Below are positions 53,268 through 64,000 of a stretch of DNA of 64,000 nucleotides, piece after piece; within the stretch, counting starts at the first letter, position 1; each line of letters starts with the position of its first letter. This DNA comes from Adineta vaga (taxonomy: Eukaryota; Animalia; Rotifera). The position numbers and the translations under genes are program-made. Location of the stretch: assembly GCA_021613535.1 (NCBI GenBank), contig CP075495.1:6758001-6822000 (forward strand). Reading direction: 5' to 3'. Under the pieces are notes generated by a model, which was not told the DNA's origin, searched no databases, and worked only from the letters and a program-made list of their open reading frames with translations.

Positions 53268-54603
53268 CTAAAATAGAAAATGTGTTTATCTATAAAAAAA
53301 AAAGAACCTTTTTCCTTCTAGATGTATATATAAATGAAGATATGGTTCGTTTCTACAATACTTTCGATGGACTACATAGTCGACGTTAAGAAACGTATGT
53401 TGCCTCTTGTAACATATTATCACTATTTCTCGTTATTATGTCTGCACACACACATGCATGCATAGTAAAGAGTTATTTTTCTTTTTCTTCTTTTTTCGTC
53501 CTGTCTTTCATTTCTAATGAGAAGAAACAATGTTGTTCTTGTTTGCTTACTAATGTAAAATTGAATTAACAGTACAAATAGGGTAAACGAATAGGCAGTC
53601 AATTCGAAATGAAAAGAAGAAAAAAAGAAGAGAAAAAATAAAACACTAGCAGGTCAAAAGTATTCAAGTGCATTAGGTATGAATCATTCATATCGTCGAG
53701 TAAATTTCTTCGGAATGAAACAATTCTTATTTGAAACTATAAGAAGTCTATCTTTGTTATTTAATGAAAATTTCAGATAATTTGTTATAGTACAAATATT
53801 TAACACATAGCATATGACATTAAGATAACATTCGTAAAATGTATTAATATGCCTAAAAGAGAAAAACATAGAACAGTTTGAGAAATAGTTGTTGTACTTA
53901 TTGCGAAAAAAAACACGCAATCTCTATATCTTGTTTCGGCAATTCACCTGTCCTTGACATCTATCATTTTGTATTATCGAACATCATTTTATATATCAAA
54001 TTCAAACGTTATCGATGCTTTGCATGTAGTATGGTCTACATCATTAGTTCTTTGACTGAGTTTCTTCTAGTCGTATGAAATCAATCAATATATATTTAAG
54101 AATGCAATTCAAATTACTTGTTTTTTTCGATCAATTTTAATAAATTCTCTATAACTTTGTAATTCCATCGCGTCGTTGATTAAGTATCGTTAAAAGATAT
54201 ACGCTTATTGTACATGAATGATATGGTTAAACAGAAAAACAATTGTGCTTCTACTAAAATCATAGATTGAACTTCTTGATCATCTATTGCAAATCAATCA
54301 CCGTTAAAAGTAATTATTATTGCAAGTGATTCATTATGAAATTTTAAATGTAACTGATGTATGGTAAAATCAATGTAGTAAACCAAAGTACGCATTCGAT
54401 TGATTGCATGTTTATATAACCGACCATGAAATATATTCCTAGTAAAAAACATCATTGAAGAAACTTTTCGTTCTACACACAACCATATCCGTTCTTGGAT
54501 GCAACGTTTTTTTTCTTTCCTTTCGTGTTTTTTTTTTCATAATATTAGAACGAGAGTTATAAAATATATTTCATTATTATTCATTTTTTTTCTGTTTAGA
54601 GTA

Positions 54604-57191
54604 ATGACAGACGAAACGTCTGAGTTGATATCAAAAGCAGCGGACACTAATATTCGTCGTCGTCCTCAAAAGAAAAAGAAAACACCAACTACTGTCGTGT
54701 CACAATCGAAACATCCAGTTTCTCGACAATCAGTAGTACAATGGTTTGCATCTTTTTTTACATATACACCATCAGATAAAATAGATATTGTTTCAAATGA
54801 TGAAAATAAAAAATATCGTCGTATATATTCACCAATACACTCATGTATCTGTAAACGTTTGTTATGCAAATTAATTTTACTTTTTTGTGTGATGTATCTT
54901 GTGATTTATTTTCGACCGGATTATTCGATTTATATGCGAAATTCTTTGGAAAATATGTTAAAGAGATTCAATTTAACATCTGAAGAATATCGATTACGTC
55001 CTGGTCAACGTTTATCTCAATATCGACAACCATCTATGCCAATTATTATCATACCTGGAATTATTTCAACTGGACTTGAATTATGGCAAGGAACTGAATG
55101 TGCATCAGGAAAATTCCGTCATCGATTTTGGACATCAATGCAAATGGTTAATAATATTGGTCGTGATCATCAATGTTGGCTCAAACATATCTCACTTAAT
55201 CTTTCAACTTGGTATGAAAATTGAGATATCACGAATTTCAAATTGTTTACTTTTCAAATAGGAACGATCCTGAATCTATTCGTCTCCGACCAGTACTCGG
55301 GTGGGCTGCTGCAGATTATGTGTATGTAATTGATTCATTTTTGTTAAACTCAATTTACTAGTTCTTCGGGATAGATAGCTTTCCTGGCTATTGGTTATGG
55401 AGTAAAGTTATACATAATCTAGCAGATATTGGTTATGATCCAACGAATTTAGTAACACTAGGTTATGATTGGAGATTAACACCAGCATCTCTTGAAGAAC
55501 GTGATGGTTATTTTACACAATTGAAATTCTATACAGAATTTCTTCGGTAAATTGACTGAATGCCGTTTTGATGTTATGTTTTGCATTTTGTTTTTTTTTG
55601 TAGAAAAAAACATGGCGAAAAAGTAGCATTATTAACACATTCAATGGGAGCTAATTATGTTCTTTATTTTCTTCGATGGGTTGCAGAAAATGCAGGTGAT
55701 CAATGGATTGATGACAAGTAAATGAATATTATATGTAAGAATTCGAATCATGGTAAATGTATTGTCTCTTAGTGTTGCAACATTTCTAAATGTTGGTGGA
55801 CCATTATTGGGTACTCCAAAAGCATTTAGTGCTGTTCTATCTGGTGAAATGAAAGATACATCAGTCTTAGGTGATTTGGGACGAAATATTCTTGGAAAAG
55901 TAGTAGGAAAACTTGTCGTATTTCCACGATTTTTTCGTGCTTTGGGTAGTGTACCATCGATGTTTCCACGAGGTAAATGGTTTGATTGAAGATTTATTTT
56001 TCTAGTCAATCTATGTTTAGGCGGAAGTGATGTATGGAACGAATGTTATGGCGTTGATAAAGATCCAATGAAACATATGCTTATATTTCCAAAAGATCGT
56101 TACAAAGGTTTTGCCAAGAAATTAATTGCATTACGAGAAAAATGTGGAGAAGAAGAAGATTATAGTAAAGGATTCGATGCTGTGTTAGAAGAAATTTATG
56201 CAAAACCAGAATTAGTCGAAGAGATTATGACAAAAAATCATACAATAGAAGAATTCTATGATGTTTTAAAGATACTTGCACCACGCTATATGGATTTAGT
56301 GAATAAATATTATAACTTAGATGGAACTATCCGAACGAAGAAAGATGAAGATGCAAAAAAGAAATGGAAAACTGATTCAAGATATTGGACAGATCCACTT
56401 TCAACACCGTTGCCTAATGTCACAAATCTCAAAATTTATTGCAGTAAGACCGGTTTTTGTCTCGTCAAACACAATTGTATCTTAATTTCCTATGATAGAT
56501 ATATAGTTAGAGTAAAAAGAATTCTTCGTCCTCATCAGTAAATTAGTAGAATATCTATTGAGAAAATGATACATCTGAACATTCAAGTTTAATTAGTTGT
56601 CAACTTTTTTTTCTAGTGTATGGTTATATCAAAGAACCAATGACGGAATGGTAAAACCGTTTTCTTATATATTTTCAATTATTCTCGATCTATTTCTTGC
56701 ATTTTAGTGGATACTCTTATGGTTTCTCTTCTCATACAGATCATTGTTCAAGTGCTTTACTTCTATTTAATACTTCTCATACTGTTTCTCCACACCTTAA
56801 ATCAGGTGTCTTTCTTGGTCCTGGTGATGCAACTGTTCCATTAGTTTCACTGGGTCATATGTGCGCAGGACCTTGGAAAACATCGAAAAGCTATCATAAT
56901 CCTGGTGAAGTCAAAACAATTATTCGTGAATATATACATAAGACAACAACATTTGATATTCTAACAACACGTCTTGAAGATGCTCTGCGTGGTGGAGAAT
57001 ATGCTGTAACACATGTTGAACTTCTTGGTAATCGAGAATTTTTAACTGATTTACTTATGATTGTATCCAAACCAATTATTGGTACGAATCAAAGTCGATT
57101 ACTAGTCAATGATGACAATATAAATCAAGATAAAATCTATTCAAATATACGTCAAATAAGTGATAGAATAATGAAGCGTCAAAAGAAGTAG
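54604..57191 (+). CDS. Phospholipid:diacylglycerol acyltransferase (PDAT/LRO1-type, LCAT superfamily), 8 exons
   Basis: Basic N-terminus plus TM, IIIPGIISTGLELW..C...FRHRFW, CWLKHISL, AADYVFPGYWLW, GYDWRL, LEERDGYFTQLK, THSMG nucleophile elbow, VLSGEMKDT, GDATVPLVSLGHMC, HVELLG. Confidence 0.88.
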
Positions 57192-57670
57192 AAGTCAATG
57201 AGAAAAACATTGAGCAAACTATTTATAAATTGTTTTTCTGTTCTCACATGGTGAAACTATTTATTTCTTAATCACCTTTCTTTTGTGTATTAGTATCATT
57301 ATCCTCATTTAGTTGTTAATAAGAAACAACGTTGTTGTTCATTGTCATGGTTTTTTTCTCTTACAAATAACTTTGGTTTATTGTATAATAATTAAAATGT
57401 GATTGCAGATGATACATGAAGATCCAATATAAAACGATGTCATCAATACTATTTAGAATTTTCAGAGGTCGAACAATATTATGTAAACATCAAGTCATAT
57501 GTCGACTTCACTTCAACCTATATACACAGTGTAACATCGATCATGGTTTGTCCTCGATTTAAAATAAAAGCAAAATGCACTTCTTCTATTCTTCTATATA
57601 TAGAAGTATTCGTTACGAATAACTATGACTTTTCATTCTATCTTTATTGTTATACATATTCTTATTTCGA

Positions 57671-59977
<2,307 letters not shown>

Positions 59978-60472
59978 ATAACTTCTCTTTTTATTCTTTC
60001 TATTCAAAAACTTCCTACTATTTATTAGTTTGTCTTTTGTAGATTATTTAAATTCTAGTATAATTGCAAGAAAATATTTCATAACTTAACGCTGACTAGA
60101 AGTTCATCTTCGATTAGTATGTTACTCATCAACAATAATTTCAATATATTGAAAAAGTATTATTTCACAATACACTTGTAACCTATTCCTTTTGCATTCA
60201 CTTCTTTGTAAGAAAAAAAAACAACATGTTTTTTTTCTATTTATTCTGTACGTAATGAGAAAAAAGAACAGACGTAATATATACAGCAAGCCGAGAAGGA
60301 GAAAAGGATAGTAGCTATGTATTTCGTCGTCTTGGAAAGAGAATCCGAGGGTAAATATAAGAGAGCGTATATAACTTTAGTCTTATCATTACATGGATGA
60401 CGACGACACCGTCATTCTGTTGTTCTATGCACATGCACACACACCTTGTTTTTCCTCTATTAACTATTTCAG

Positions 60473-62729
<2,257 letters not shown>

Positions 62730-63786
62730 GTGAAAAATATTATATTTTAAGTGCGAACTTTTTCATTCGGATTTGCTTATTTGATCTTTTAACCTTTATG
62801 TAGTTCAACTATTTCAGTAAAGAATACAGTATAAATCATGAAATTAGTTTGAACTTTTTCATTGTATCATTGCACGAACTTTCATAGAAAACACAAATAT
62901 CTTTAGTATTCAGAAGGACAGTTCGATATTTCATATTTAGTTTCAAAAGCGAAATGAACATAAAGTCGTTACCTTTTTTCAGGACACTTTTGATGTAATT
63001 ATCGATAGTATCAGTCTAATATATAAAAATCAAATATATTTACAAGTTCAATTGTAACAAAGAAGAAACGATGACAACCGGAAAACACTTTAAGTATCGT
63101 TTCTCTCTCTCTCACTCTCGAACAAGAAGAAGTCCTTTCCGATAAAATGAAACAATAGAGAAAGTATGATTAGAATGAAAAAATTTTCTTTTTTCTACAT
63201 CATTTCGAACACTTCTAAAGGATCACTATCGTTATTAAACGAACGTATTTTATATTTCACTACTGTCGGCATCTACCGCATATAAGATGTTAACGCATGT
63301 AAGATCTAGGTCAAAAACATATAGTATCATAGACTATAGTGATTAATCTAGCACAATATTTTTCAATACCAATTGTATAGTTAAATATTTTGAATTGTAA
63401 TAACACAGCAACTGCCTTCATAGCACGTGAGGAAATATTCAGAATGGAAATGGTTTTATTATATTTCCTACATTCTCAATAATAGTATCTACTATGAATG
63501 GCTTTTTTTATGTATTACATTGAATCTTTCAATACCCTCTCAAAGATATTTATTAAGCCTAGCTACCTTGTGGGTAAGAAGAAAAAGAAGAAACTTTTCA
63601 TCTGTATATATTTACTCTTCGCCCGATCGTCCACCGACAAAAACAAGAGAACGAACGATATATGTAAAACAAAAAAATATATAACGTGTGTTTAAAACAA
63701 CATAGCGATTTCTATCTGCAGCTTTATCTTTGCATGCTGATGATGATATCGTTATTTTGTTATTTTTCACTTCTCTACTGTTTCAG

Positions 63787-64000
63787 ATGTCATCCACTGA
63801 CTTCAAAGCATCAAATGTCGAAATTAAATACACTCAAATCTTCATCAACAATGAGTGGCACAAAGCTATAAAAGGAAAAACATTCCCTGTCATCAATCCA
63901 AGTACAGGCGAAGAAATTTGTCAAGTAGAAGAAGGCACCAGAGTCTGTTTAACTAAATAGTCACATATATATGTTTACAAGTGTTTTTTTTGCTTTTAGG
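63787..64000 (+). CDS. Third tandem ALDH1/2 copy, exon 1 only (truncated by window)
   Basis: [52 protein letters not shown]|gtctgt, nearly identical to 60473-60687 including the intron. Confidence 0.9.

Overview
AT-rich (~30% GC by eye), gene-dense eukaryotic DNA with many 50-65 nt GT-AG introns. Metazoan genes sit next to genes of apparently non-animal origin, a combination typical of a bdelloid rotifer; this is an inference and the species cannot be read from the sequence. About 20 genes in order: MRPL46 (3' part); an intronless bacterial-type sorbosone/PQQ-sugar dehydrogenase with a signal peptide and GPI-like tail; moesin/ERM, whose first coding intron contains a whole antisense extended-synaptotagmin gene that overlaps the moesin start exon; GPATCH3; EI24; CFAP65; a divergent PKA-C-like kinase; a ~3,000 aa type II membrane mucin with a furin site and 51-nt repeats; a small orphan TM protein; homeobrain; MBTPS2; CNK; CCDC130/YJU2B followed ~100 nt later by an orphan gene; a myristoylated NCS-type EF-hand protein; a fungal/plant-type PDAT (LRO1-like); and a tandem ALDH1/2 array (pseudogene, intact copy, start of a near-identical third copy). 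Several isolated small indels in otherwise intact genes look like assembly errors. No rRNA, tRNA, CRISPR or clear transposon was seen. Gene identities come from recalled family motifs, not database searches.
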